From Oculina patagonica (taxonomy: Eukaryota): DNA of 64,000 nt. The position numbers and the translations under genes were made by a program. Positions 13,209 through 25,781 of this stretch are shown here, one piece after another; position 1 is the stretch's first letter; each line of letters opens with the position of its first letter. The notes beneath the pieces are model-generated. The model made no database searches. It was not told the origin of the DNA and saw only the letters and a list, made by a program, of their open reading frames with translations. The stretch is from positions 32,736,001-32,800,000 of the forward strand of contig NC_135765.1 in assembly GCF_052425735.1 (NCBI RefSeq). Direction: 5' to 3'.

Positions 13209-16200
13209 ATGTCAGACCTTCAAGAAGTCACCGGAGTCAATTTTGAGATTGTCCTTGAAAAGTTCCAGCAGGATCTCGAAGATTTGACGCGAAATCAAAA
13301 GGGAGAGGTAAACATTGTTTATATTATCTTGCATGCTTCTAAGATCCCAATTTTGTTTTGATCTAAAGAGGTGAATAAGGCATCCACGAACTCTTGAAAC
13401 TTTTGCAACTCGAAGCCTTACGATTAAATCTTTGGAAGTACATGTAACAGGTACATGTAATAGAGCAAATATAGTTATGTTGGAGGGCGGGGCTGCTTTG
13501 TAAACTTACTCTTTGGCTTCGATGTAGCTATAGCGTAATAGCTCTTATCTTTCTTAGATTTCTCGTTTTTGCTTTTACTGATAGACAGATGTTGATTGAA
13601 TTGGAATATTTTGTCTACATTTATGAAACTCGTAAAATAAACAAACTATATTTTGTACAATTTGCGAGTTAGCGATTTTTGTATTCAGATTTGCAAATAG
13701 TTTGTTTATCTTGCGCAACTTGTAAAGAATTCCAGAACGTTTTGCTCGGTTGCTAAATTAGTTTGAATTTCGCAACAAATTAAACTGAACATTATCACAA
13801 CGATCCTGGTTTCTTTGATAAAAGGAGCTGGAGTTTAGAAGTTTTGATATATGACTATTTTAAATGCAAATATGTGTGTGTTTGGATTTGCAATGAACCG
13901 AGTTCTATTTGTTTTGCGCAACTTTAGGGAATCCCAACAAAGTTTACCGGGCTGCAAAACTGTTTTGAATTTCATGTGTCGTATATTAAAGCTGTTGTTA
14001 AAACATTTAAACAGAAGACTTTTTCAACTTTTTTCGTTCTTCTGCAAGAAGTAACTGGAGTTAATTACTTTGGATATGTTTGTTGAATTGAAATTATGGA
14101 GCATTTCATAGAATCTTGATATAAGTGGAGTGAGATGTTTATATTAGACTAAAAAATTGTAAGCTCTAGCCCAAGAAGATCAGTCTAACTTTCCCCTCAA
14201 TCGTATAGACCAATACATGTTGCCGACTGAAATATGAAAGTAATGTTGAGCATTCCACATAAAGGCTTTGTTATGTTTGAACTGTGCGCATAGAAATAAA
14301 AGATAAGAAGTTAAAAACTATAAACCTATTCTAATAAGAAAGCGACCGTAGGAATTAAACAAATTTCAACCAAAAGGAAATTAAAGGGTTCTGAGAAAAA
14401 AACCCTTTTCCTAGTGAAAAATTATTACTTTTTTCCTTAAAGTAATTTGTGAATAAGTCATGCATCAAAGGACACAATATGCACATTAATGGAAAAGAAT
14501 AAATTATGCGTGAACGCTAAGTAAACATGTGAACACGAAACCTAGCGAAAGCACTGGTATTTATTCACATAATTATGTTTTCTTGCCTTTTGCTCTTTAA
14601 GCAATGAAGTTCAATTTCTTCAACAATATAGTGCTGAACAAGTACGTACTGAGGATTTAGTTTACAAACTTTCTGAACGAACATTGACTGAATAGCTTAT
14701 AAGCGTCCTTCATAATTGCTATTGAATTTGATTTCACACAATTGATTCAACAATTAACCAGAGCTCAAAGTTAGCTCGACACTGTCCTATTAGCGAACGA
14801 ATTATTAATCTTTGCGCGAAACTGTACGATTTCTCAACATCTACAACATTGTGATAATGCAATTAAAGCAGAAAACATTTTAAGCAAGAAAAGGAACTTA
14901 GAAATGCATAACTTTGTGTCATGGAATGTTGCTTTTGTCTCAAGTGACATTGTCTTTTTTTACCAGATATTCAAAGAGAAAAATGCATAGATCCAATGTA
15001 AAGTTGTTAAGCAAGTAAATATAACCTCAAAAAGCATTGCAATGCCAAACTGAACTCAAACGTTACAAGAAAAACCAAAGACGTTGAAAAGGTTATTTAA
15101 CTTTAAAAACTCTTAAGCCTAATAACCAAGTGGTGAAATCCCAAGGGCTGTACCTTTGCTTCTTAGTTCATCAATTAAATAAATAACAGGAAAAATGAGG
15201 CACACTATATTCTTAGCTTTGCCATTTATTATTGTTTTGCCTCTGAAAAAGTAAGAAATTCTTGCGACGAAATTCTACGACGTAGAAAAAGGGGGCCAGA
15301 AACGTTTGAGTTGTTTTTAAATATATAAAGTTTACCATTGCGTCCATCAAATGCTTTTTTCTAATTGCCGCAAGAAGTGTATATCAACACTAAAGCGGTG
15401 ATACGATATTCAGTAAACTTAGCCAAGGAACGCATGAATATAATGGTAGTATAAAAAAGTAACATAAATGAAACACTGCCGTTTTTAGCGGTGCTTTCTA
15501 GTTAAATGATACTAAGCAATTAATCTGTGTCAAGTCTGTTTATGTCAGAAGAAAAATATCGTGCCATACTTAGAAATCAGCTTTTCTAAATCATTCCGTC
15601 GGTATTGTTAACAATCAAACATTGCAAAGATTCTTGCCACGGTTTACTTCTGTTTTGAGAAATTCAGTCCTAGCATCTGCGATTCGGAATTTTTAAAATC
15701 ATTTTATCCAACCAGAAATTTTGTATAGGTTACTGAATGTTGATGCATGTTTGCAGAAGCAGTGGATATAATAAAGCGACATTTTACCACTTTGTCAGTT
15801 GAGGGAAATCAAAGAAACTAGATCTAGATCTTATACGGAAATGCAAACAAAAAGCTTAAATTATGAATGCTACCCCCTTAAGCTTGTAGATTAACAATAA
15901 ATGAAGCTATCGAAGGAAGAAATACTGGTTAGGTTGGAAAGTAGGGTTCAGCAATAAAGACTCTTACCCCCTCAGGAAAGATTTCTTGTGTTTAAATCGA
16001 ATTATCGCAGAGAAGATTAAAGGGACACCATCACAGGGATTTTCTGCTTTTCAGTGAAACCTTCTAAAATTGTCTGTCTAAAAACTTTTGCTTCTACACG
16101 GAATGCGCCTAGAACACATAAGGTAAATTGTTGTTAAAGGAAGAGGGGAGCCATTATTAGTTTAATTTCTAGCTGTTTTTCCAGGCTACAAGGGCAGAAC

Positions 16201-16445
16201 TTGAAAAAGTCAGCCTAGGTTTTTTAAGTTGAGGTCTAAAGTTTCTGATGGTATCACAATAATATCACTCCTTTTATATTTCAGTTCACTGCCTGGGTAA
16301 TTTTTAGCAAAACTGGATCACTATATTTGTACTAGGTTTCCATACGTGCAAACAAATTTTTAGGCCTTTGAATATTTGAAGTGAAGCTCGAGACAGTGTC
16401 CCTTTAAGGCCATATAGTTATAAAGCGTAAACACAATTCTGTTGC

Positions 16446-16518
<73 letters not shown>

Positions 16519-19500
16519 TAATTTATTAAAGTCATGACGCGGGATGAGGTTACCCTCTCTATCCGAGCCAGAGGCTCATGAAAAAGCGCATGACAATAAT
16601 TAAAATACATTATAAAAACAATGAGAACTAGTATAAGTAAAAAAAGCGTAAACACAATTCTGTTGCTCACCAAAGGCGTGTTTTTCTCTGAGTTTAAATG
16701 ATCTTTATGCTGTTTTTAAGGATGTTTTGTCAAAGATGGCGAAGAAAGATCTCATCAAAGAAGTCATCACTTTAAACGGGCAGTTCAACTCCCTGTCGGA
16801 AACCTTCAGCTGCGTTCATCTGGAGAAAGGTAAAATAGATGAAGCTTTTGATAGCTTGAGGAAGAAGATCGCAGGTCAAGGTGGAGCGAGCTGCCAGTCC
16901 CCGAACAGTTCGCTTAGTCAGTTTTCCTCGATGGAAACCGCCCTAAAACAGAGCCAGGAAAGAGAATCCGAACTGCAGCGTGAGGTTGTGAATGCTGAAA
17001 AGAAGATCTCCAACTTGGAACACCAGCTTAAGACATCTAAAGAAAAGTTGGACACGGCAGAACTGTCCATTAAGGATTCTGAGAGGCAAGTTTTATCCCT
17101 GAAGGAGGAGCTCCTGGTCTTCACCAAAAAGGAGTCAGCATTGGCGGGCAGCAACAAACAGAATGAACACTTACAGAAGGAAATCAGAGATCTGAAGGCG
17201 AGTATCAGCGCATACCGTCAGGAGATTGCAGACAAGGATGGCGATGTCAAGAGACTTCGAGCGTCCATAGCAGACAAGCAATCCATCATGGAAGGCTACG
17301 TTGCTGAGATCACCACGATGAAGGAGACCTCGAAGACTGCAGCATCGAACAGGGAATACGAGTCCTTGAAGCTTAAATTTGATGACGTTTGCAGGGAGAA
17401 GGATTCTTTGCAGCGCGAAGTCGCTCGGTTGGTGGCCAAGAAGCAAACGGAAATCCAGGACAAAGATGTGACCATTAGCCGGCTGCGTAAAGAGAGTTTT
17501 AGCTTACAGGCCGAAAATGACACCTTAAGGGGTAGAGCACTGTCGTCTACTTCTCAAGTTGAAGTGAGGGAATACGACACGCTGCAGCGCCGCTATGATA
17601 GCCTTTGGACTGAAAAAGAAATGTTGAGGAAGGAGCTGGATGAGATGAAGACAAGAACCCGCAGTTCCTCTGTGAATATTGAAAGCTATCGACAAGAGAT
17701 CAGAGAGAAGGAGATCGCCGCGGACAGGCTCCGTTCCGAGAACATCACCTTACAGGCTCAAATTGAAGCACTGACGAAGGAGGCAGCTGACTTCAGCACA
17801 AGATCTGAGTACACCATGAGGGTACAGTCCAGTTCCGTCCAGTTAGACAGCAATGAAGAATTTTACCGTCAGGAGATCAAAGAAAGAGATGCTGTTATCG
17901 ACAAGCTGCGAGCTGACACGATGACTCTGCATGCTGAAATAGACGGTCTGAAGCGTGACATGAGGTCTTACTACAGCAGGACCGAGTTTGAAGCTTTGCA
18001 GATGAAGTACGACGAGATATTGAAAGAAAGGGATTCCCTCCGCGAGCAACTGATGGAAGTCAGGTCAACGAGTGAGAGAGATGTGTCTATTCACGTTGAA
18101 AGCCGCATGGAAGGCTTCCAGCAGGAAGTGAGAGAGCGGGAAGCCTTGATTGACAAGCTGCGTTCCGACAACTTGATTACCAAGAACGAACTTGAAATAT
18201 TGAAGAGAGAAGTCAGCGGAAAGGCCTCAGTCACTGATGGTTACCTTGGGGAAATTGAACGTCTTAGGCAAGAGCTCGTAACCCTGAAGACCAGCAGCAC
18301 CGACTATGAGACCTTGAAGAGGACCTATGAAGAAGTGTGCAAAGAGAGGGACTTTGTACGTAGCCAGATCATGGAACTCAAGACCCAAAGCGAAAGCGAG
18401 ATCCAGGTTCACCTCGAAAGCTATTATCAAGCTTATAAGCAGGATGTCAGAGAAAAAGAAATTGCCATTGACAGGATGCGTTCGGAGAACACGACGCTGA
18501 GAGCTGAATTGGAGGGATTGAGAAGAGAAATGTCAACCTTCTACAAGAGAACGGAGTACGAGTCATTGAAGCTTCAATATGACGAGATGTGGAAGGAGAG
18601 GGACACACTCAGAGAGGAGCTGATAGATTTCAAGTCAAAATCTGAGCGCGATGTTCTGATTCAAGTGGAAAACAAGACTGTGATTTTCCAGAAAGAAATC
18701 AGAGAAAAAGAAATGGAGATCGCCAAGCTGCGCTCCGAGGCCATGTCCATCCAGATGCAATTTGATGGGCTCAAGCGAGAATTTGAGGGCAAGCAGCGCT
18801 ATATTGAAAGCTACCAGTCCGAGATTGAGCGACTGAAAGGAGACATCACCACACTTAAGTCAACAACGGTCACCACTACGGAATACGAGTCTTTGCGAAG
18901 AATGTACGAAGAAGTGTTGAAGGAGAGAGATTCCATCCGATTGGAGATGATTGAAATTAGATCCAACAGCGAGCGTGAAATCACTGTCCAGGTAGAAAAT
19001 CAAATCAGAATCTACCGAGACGAGATCAGAGAGAAGGAAGTCGCCATTAGCAATTTCCGTTCTGAAAGCATGAAGTACCAAGCAGAGTTTGAGAAGTTCA
19101 AGAGGGAAGCTGATAGCAAGCAGTTCATGATTGAGGGATATATGACAGAGATTGAACGCCTGAAGAACGAGATCAACGTCGTGAACAAACGGATCGTGGA
19201 GTTCGAGTCCGTGAAGAGATCTTACGAAGATGTCTGCAGGGAACGGGATTACATCCAAAGGCAGTTTACAGATTTCAAGTCAAGGAATGAGCAAGAAACA
19301 ACGTTTCAAATTCAAATCCAAACTGATGGTTTCCGACAGGAGATCAAGGAGAAAGATCTGGCCATTGAGAGATTCACGTCACAGAACAAACTTCTCATTG
19401 AAGAGATTGACGGATTGAAAAGGGAACGAAGTACTTTCTACAGTAAATCAGAGTACGATTCCTTGAGGCATCAGTATGAAGAAATGTGGAAAGAGAGAGA

Positions 19501-22500
19501 TATCCTTCGTGGACAGATTGCTGAGCTCAAGTCCAAGGGTGAAAGAGAGCTGGTTGTCCAGATTGAAAGCCGCACCGAAACCTACCGCACTGAGATAAGA
19601 GAGAAGGAGACAATCATTGGTCGCTTGCAGTCCGAGAGTTATCAGTACAAGACGGAAATAGATGGCCTTAAGAGGCAGCTGGGCAACCAAGAAGCTTATC
19701 TGATTGAAATAGAACGCCTGAAGAAGGAAGTCAACACATTGAGGTTCCCAGATATCCGTGGCAGCTCAGAGTTTATCTCCTTGCAGCGAACATACGAAGA
19801 AGTTTGCAAAGAACGAGATGGACTTCGGGGCCAAGTGGTTGAGATTAGGATGAAGGGAGAGCAGGAGCACGAAAACCAAGTTAGAATCTATCGCGAAGAG
19901 ATCAGAGAAAAAGAAGTAGAAATAAACAGGCTTCGATCAGAGGGCATGACATTCAAGGCCGAAATTGAAGGATACAAGAGAGACCTCGGAAACCAAGAAG
20001 CCTATCTGATTGAAATAGATCGTTTGAAGAAGGAAGTCAACACCTTGAGGTTCCCTGACATCCGTGGTAGCGCCGAGTATATCTCCCTACAGCGATCGTA
20101 CGAAGAGGTTTGCAAAGAACGAGATGGACTAAGAGGCCAAGTAGTTGAGATCAGGATGAAGGGAGAGCAAGAAATGACAAACCAAGTGACAATCTACCGC
20201 GAAGAGATCAGAGAAAAAGAAGTAGAAATGAACAGACTTCGTTCAGAAGGCATGACATTCAGGGCCGAAATTGAAGGATACAAGAGAGACCTCGGCAACC
20301 AAGAAGCCTATCTGATTGAAATTGAACGCTTGAAGAAGGAAGTCAACACATTGCGGTTCCCAGATATCCGTGGTAGCGCAGAGTATATCTCCTTGCAGCG
20401 ATCGTACGAAGAGGTTTGCAAAGAACGGGATGGACTAAGAGGCCAGATAGTCGAGATCAAGATGAAGGGAGAGCAAGAAATGACAAACCAAGTTACAATC
20501 TACCGCGAAGAGATCAGAGAAAAAGAAGTAGAAATGAACAGACTTCGTTCAGAGGGCATGACATTCAAGGCTGAGATTGAAGGATACAAGAGAGACCTCG
20601 GCAACCAGGAAGCTTACCTGATTGAAATAGATCGTTTAAAGAAGGAAGTCAACACCTTAAGGTTCCCTGACATCCGTGGTAGCGCAGAGTATATTTCCCT
20701 ACAGCGTACTTATGAAGAGGTTTGCAAGGAACGTGATGAACTGAGGGGCCAAGTCATAGACATCAAGATGAAGGGAGAGCAGACCCTTGAAAGCCAACTG
20801 AGAATCTACCGTGAACAGATCAGAGAGAAAGAAGTAGAAATGGAAAAAGTTCGTGTAGAGAGCATGACATTCAAGACTGAAATTGAAGGCTACAAGAGAG
20901 ACCTCGGAAACCAAGAAGCCTATCTGATTGAAATAGATCGTTTGAAGAAGGAGGTCAACACATTGAGGTTCCCAGATATTCGTGGTAGCGCAGAGTACAT
21001 CTCCTTGCAGCGATCGTACGAAGAGGTTTGCAAAGAACGAGATGGGCTAAGAGGCCAAGTAGTTGAGATCAGGATGAAGGGAGAGCAAGACCTTTCAAAC
21101 CAAGTTACAATCTACCGCGAAGAGATCAGAGAAAAAGAAGTAGAAATGAACAGACTTCGTTCAGAGGGCATGACATTCAAGGCAGAAATTGAAGGATACA
21201 AAAGAGACCTTGGCAACCAGGAAGCCTACCTGATTGAAATAGATCGTTTGAAGAAGGAAGTCAACACCCTAAGGTTCCCTGATATCCGTGGTAGCGCAGA
21301 GTTCATCTCCTTGCAGCGAACGTACGAAGAGGTTTGCAAAGAAAGGGATGGACTGAGGGGCCAAGTCATAGACATAAAGATGAAGGGAGAGCAGACCCTT
21401 GAAAGCCAAGTGAAAATGTACCGGGACGAGATCAGAGAAAAGGAAGTAGAAATGAACAGACTTCGCACAGAGATCATGTCATTCAAGGCAGAAATTGAAG
21501 GACTGAAGAGAGAGATGACGACCACTAAACAGCGAAGTGAGATCGAGATCGAACGCGTGAAGAAGGAATCGACTGTGATCAGCCCTACAATTATCCGCAG
21601 CAGTGCCGAGTTTGTCTCCTTACAGCGATCATATGAAGCGATTTGCTTAGAGAGGGACAACCTGCGTCAGCAAATGATCGAGATCAGAACAAAGAACGAG
21701 CGAGAGGTATCAGTCCAAATCGACAATCAAGTAAGAGTGTACCGCGAAGAAATGAAGGATAAGGATGCAGCTTTGGAGAGGCTTCGTTCAGAGTCTATCA
21801 CCCTTCGAGCTGAAGTCGAGACGTTGAGACGTGACCTGCGCATCGCAAAGGAGACCCCAGTTCATGACACGAAGGTGGAACAAGAACTGTTCAACTTGAG
21901 GACAAAGTATGCAAAGCTCCAAGAAGAATACGACACTATCATGCTGGCAAAAAGCAAGTTGGAAGATGAAATGGTCATCAAAGTCAACAGTGGAATGGCT
22001 GACAAACAAGATTACATCTACAAGATTGAGAAAGAGAATAGAGAGTTGAAGTCCGAGAATGAGTATTACGAGAAGACCGTGGACGAGAAGAATGCAGCTA
22101 TTGGTGAATTGCGCCTGAAGGTCACACACCTGCAGAAAAAAGTTGAAAACTTGAAGAAAGAGATCTTTGTCGCCGAAGAAGCTTACGAGAAGGCTGAGCT
22201 CCGACTGAAGGAAGTGCTTAAAGCGGATTATCAGCCAGTGACAACCTATGAGGTTCGTCGCTTCCGAACCTCAACAGTGGATTCCCCCCCTCCTGCTACC
22301 TACAGCTCCTCAACAACCAGCTACAATGTAAACAAAGTGTCCAATGATGCGGATGCTATGCATTTCAGTGCCACGTCAACCCCAATCAAGTCTGCGCTGG
22401 ATGGCGAACGCACCGAAGTTGTCCGCAAGAGCACCGTCATTACTTCAGCCCCACTCGACAGTGACCTGGCCAGGGCTGAAGGAAACTTCCAAAGCAGTGA

Positions 22501-22771
22501 GGGCTCCACTACAACTACCACCAAGACCACCCTGATTTCAGACACGGCCGTCAATGGAGTCACTGGTTCTGGTAGTGCTGAGGCCTCCTCCTACCGATCA
22601 TCGTATTACAGCGGGCCTTCCACCTACAGGACCGGTTCTGCCACAACCTACCGCACAACCACTGGGCGTTCGTCTGTTTCTGGAGGGTCTTCCTACAGAA
22701 CGTCTTCCGCCGCCGGACGTAAGTACTCATCTGGCCGCCACACAAGCTCATACACCAGGAAATTCTACTGA
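13209..22771 (+). CDS. Giant repeat-built coiled-coil protein, 2049 aa, with S/T/Y/R/G-rich tail; exons 13209-13307, 16721-22771
   Basis: Exon 1 MSDLQ...QKGE ends at GAG|GTAAAC (phase 0); acceptor TTTTTAAG|GAT is in frame with the 2014-aa ORF. Heptad-rich E/K/R/I/L sequence with ~15 copies of a Y-E-E-x-x-K-E-R-D-x-L motif. Confidence 0.88.
16021..16403. mobile_element. TTAA-flanked non-autonomous DNA transposon (Kolobok-like)
   Basis: TTAA|AGGGACAC...GTGTCCCT|TTAA; homologous copies at 43301-43636 and 54884-55261. Confidence 0.75.
16422..16669 (-). mobile_element. 5'-truncated non-LTR retroelement 3' end with (TTGA)n tail and 27-bp target-site duplication
   Basis: Perfect direct repeat AAAGCGTAAACACAATTCTGTTGCTCA at 16422-16448 and 16643-16669 flanking (ATCA)n plus ~120 bp. 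Confidence 0.75.
19685..21520 (+). repeat. Six highly similar 306-bp (102-aa) coding tandem repeats
   Basis: NQEAYL codons start at 19685, 19991, 20297, 20603, 20909, 21215 (exact 306-nt period). Confidence 0.95.
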
Positions 22772-25700
22772 ACACCATCAACAGTCTACCTGAGGGACTG
22801 ATACCACCTCTAGAAGAGAGACACTATCTAATTAAAGACTGGCATGTAGTTGTCATGCTTTTAAAGCTACCTTTCTTTTTGAAATTATCACTGCCAATTA
22901 CGTATGTACCAAATTTAACTGAAACTTAAAATGGTATGGGTCATGGTATCGTAGGCTAGGCGATTCTGTCTTAAATAGGAATCGAATGAAAATTGCGTAG
23001 GTTCACACGGTAGTAAAACAAACAAATAGACAACTAAGCAGTAAAACAAACTGAACGTTTGGAAGCTATACAGAACTAAGAATTGATAATCCAATTGGTT
23101 TGCAAAAATACGTATCTTGATTTGCATTGGAACATAATTAAACATATTTATAACTCGAAACCTGAATCGTCTCAATATCATGACCCAGTCTTAAATAATA
23201 TCGACAAGGTTTTCACTAGTGCAAAAGTGTTTTAAATCCTTAGGACCTAAGCACGACATATTTTATATCGTTTTAATTCTTTGTGAAGAGGGGTTTTGTT
23301 TGTGGGGTGGAGATTTTTCATTACAGCACTTTGATTGAATTTAATAGTGATATTTTGAAGTGCGAGTGTCAAAAGGAACAATCCCGTGTGTTTTCACAAG
23401 CGTGGATAATATTTTGTGATTGCGTTAATGGGTATTTATTCCACAATTTAAGGATAAGGCAAATTGTTAAATATTTTTTTTCACTTTGATTTTTTAGTAT
23501 CTTTTGTCTGCATTAATAGCTGCTTTCAAATTACATATTCGTTCAGTTTCTGACGTATTTAATTAAATTACTTTTTGAGGAGTTCCTATCAAAAGTTTAA
23601 AGGGCCGACACTGTCATTTGTTTAAGTAAGTTTTCGAGAAGTTCAAGGAACCTTCCATCGTCGTAAAACGGACATTATAGTTGTTTATTTTTGCGCAACA
23701 GTAGTTAGCAAATGACAGGAAGCGATGGCAAGTGTGAGGATCACAATGTATGTGGACTATGATGGAACTGTATAGCAATATATTTTAACAAGGCTCATAT
23801 TTCACATTCCTGCCATTTTGCAAACTTCTTGCGACAAGGACATCATTTTATTTGCTTTATTTTCCTTCTGACTAATTGAGGTAAACATTTTTTGTCTTAA
23901 TATCAGTGTTGGTGACAGTGTTCTTTGAGGTTTAGGTGGCTTTCATTATTTTAATATATATATGTCATAAAATCCACTTTTTCGTACGATTTTTAATAAT
24001 ATGTAATACATTTTAATGGGCGTCAGATCAGCTACAAAAGGAAAATGTTTTACCAGGGTTGAACTGGAGCTATTACTTATTTACCTACTAAGAGCATTTC
24101 TGGTAATAGCCATGATATAAAACGTTGTCATTATGAAACAGTTCTGCCATGAATCCCTTTTGTTCACTTTAACGCCATTCCATGTAGTAATTCATCAGTT
24201 TGAGCTTTGTAATAAAATAAGTGTTGTTCAATATCTATGAGTGAATATCACTTGACTTCTGTCGCGAAGGGAGAACTGAAAATTTGCCTATGATTCTAAT
24301 ATTTGCTTAATAATACATATTGTCAAAGCAATGGTTAAGAGCAGGAGTCCATTGCAGAAGTCCAGTTTACAATTACTCCTTTTGAGAGGTACAGTGTATA
24401 AGATTGATATCTGGAAATCGAAAACACAAACAAAAGTGTTTTTATCAATTTGGCTTCATACGAAAGCAGAAGCAATTTTAACCCATTAGTCTCAAGGAAG
24501 ATCAACTTAAAATACTTAATACTTAATACTTAATCAAAAGGGAAAGGTTATGAGAATTTATAAAACGATCACCAAAGGGGAATTGCTTTGATCTTTAAAA
24601 ATTCTCCCAACTATACTAAAAGAAAATGTATGGGGTCAGTCAGGAGAGTTTGTCTGTGGATATTGTGGCTTAAAGGGTTCATGCCCGGCACATTACAGGA
24701 CAGAGATAGAGCAAAGACGTGATTTTACGGATTCACGGTCAAGGCCTGGGGAAAATGAATTGAATGCCAAACGGGAAATAGCAAACTCGTCCCCATTGCC
24801 CTTTTCGTTTCTCTAAACACACAATGCTCTTCCGGTTTGGGACGACTCCAGAAACAAAGCTACTTTAAAGTCAAAATTAATTCCAGCGAGGATCGATTTA
24901 TAAAATACGATAGCTGCATGACCTAAGCGCGTGGATCCCAAGCTGTGCAATTATCCCCTCCCCCCTCTACTGAAAATTAAACAACATAAAAAAAATTCAA
25001 TAATATAACGCGCACTTCGCTGTCACGGTACTTCAATTAACAAAGTAAACACCAATATGTATGTAAATCTGTATGCTCAGATTACCGGAACATTACTGTT
25101 GATCGACGTTTTTTAAATTTCCGTTTTCCTTGTCATTTGATAAAATCACTACTTGAAATAAGAGCGAAAAACCGCTCTAAGAGCTTTAGTTTATTGATTT
25201 CACAAGGAGGTGAATCGAGCAAAGATAAATCTGATAATCATATCCAATTTGCAATGGAAAATTATCTTCGATTTGTTGGACACATGACATCTGACAAACA
25301 ATTCTGACATGTAAATTGAACAGTTTGCTGCGCAGCAAGCGAACGTGCTTACATTTAGTTCCGAAATTGCTTGAAACATGATCTAAACCCGCCATTCGAA
25401 TTTGAATATGTCTCAAATTTCGAATGATATCGGAAACGGAAACACTTTGCTTATGACAACGGACGTTCTGTCTTTTTGGTTAAACATAATAAGATTAAAG
25501 ACCTTTCTTGACCGCCAAAATAATCTAAATTAACTGGTGCCTAGCCATACTCTCGGACCCATGTTGACAGATGTCAAATTTAATAACGAACAACCTTCTA
25601 GAGATATAATGTTCACTGTCAAAAATGTCAATCTTATCTGCCAGCTGGTAAAGAATATTCCTTGAAAGGAAATCAGAACAGATGGTTTGTTTTCAATCTT

Positions 25701-25781
25701 AACGCAAAAACCCTTCAGAGGAACGACTGAAAGGCTAGAAAGACTTGACTAATTGTGCGATCTCAACACAGAACTTTACAA

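Noticed and set aside
19685-21520. CRISPR-like or satellite array
   Set aside because: In-frame coding repeats without unique spacers, in a eukaryotic context.
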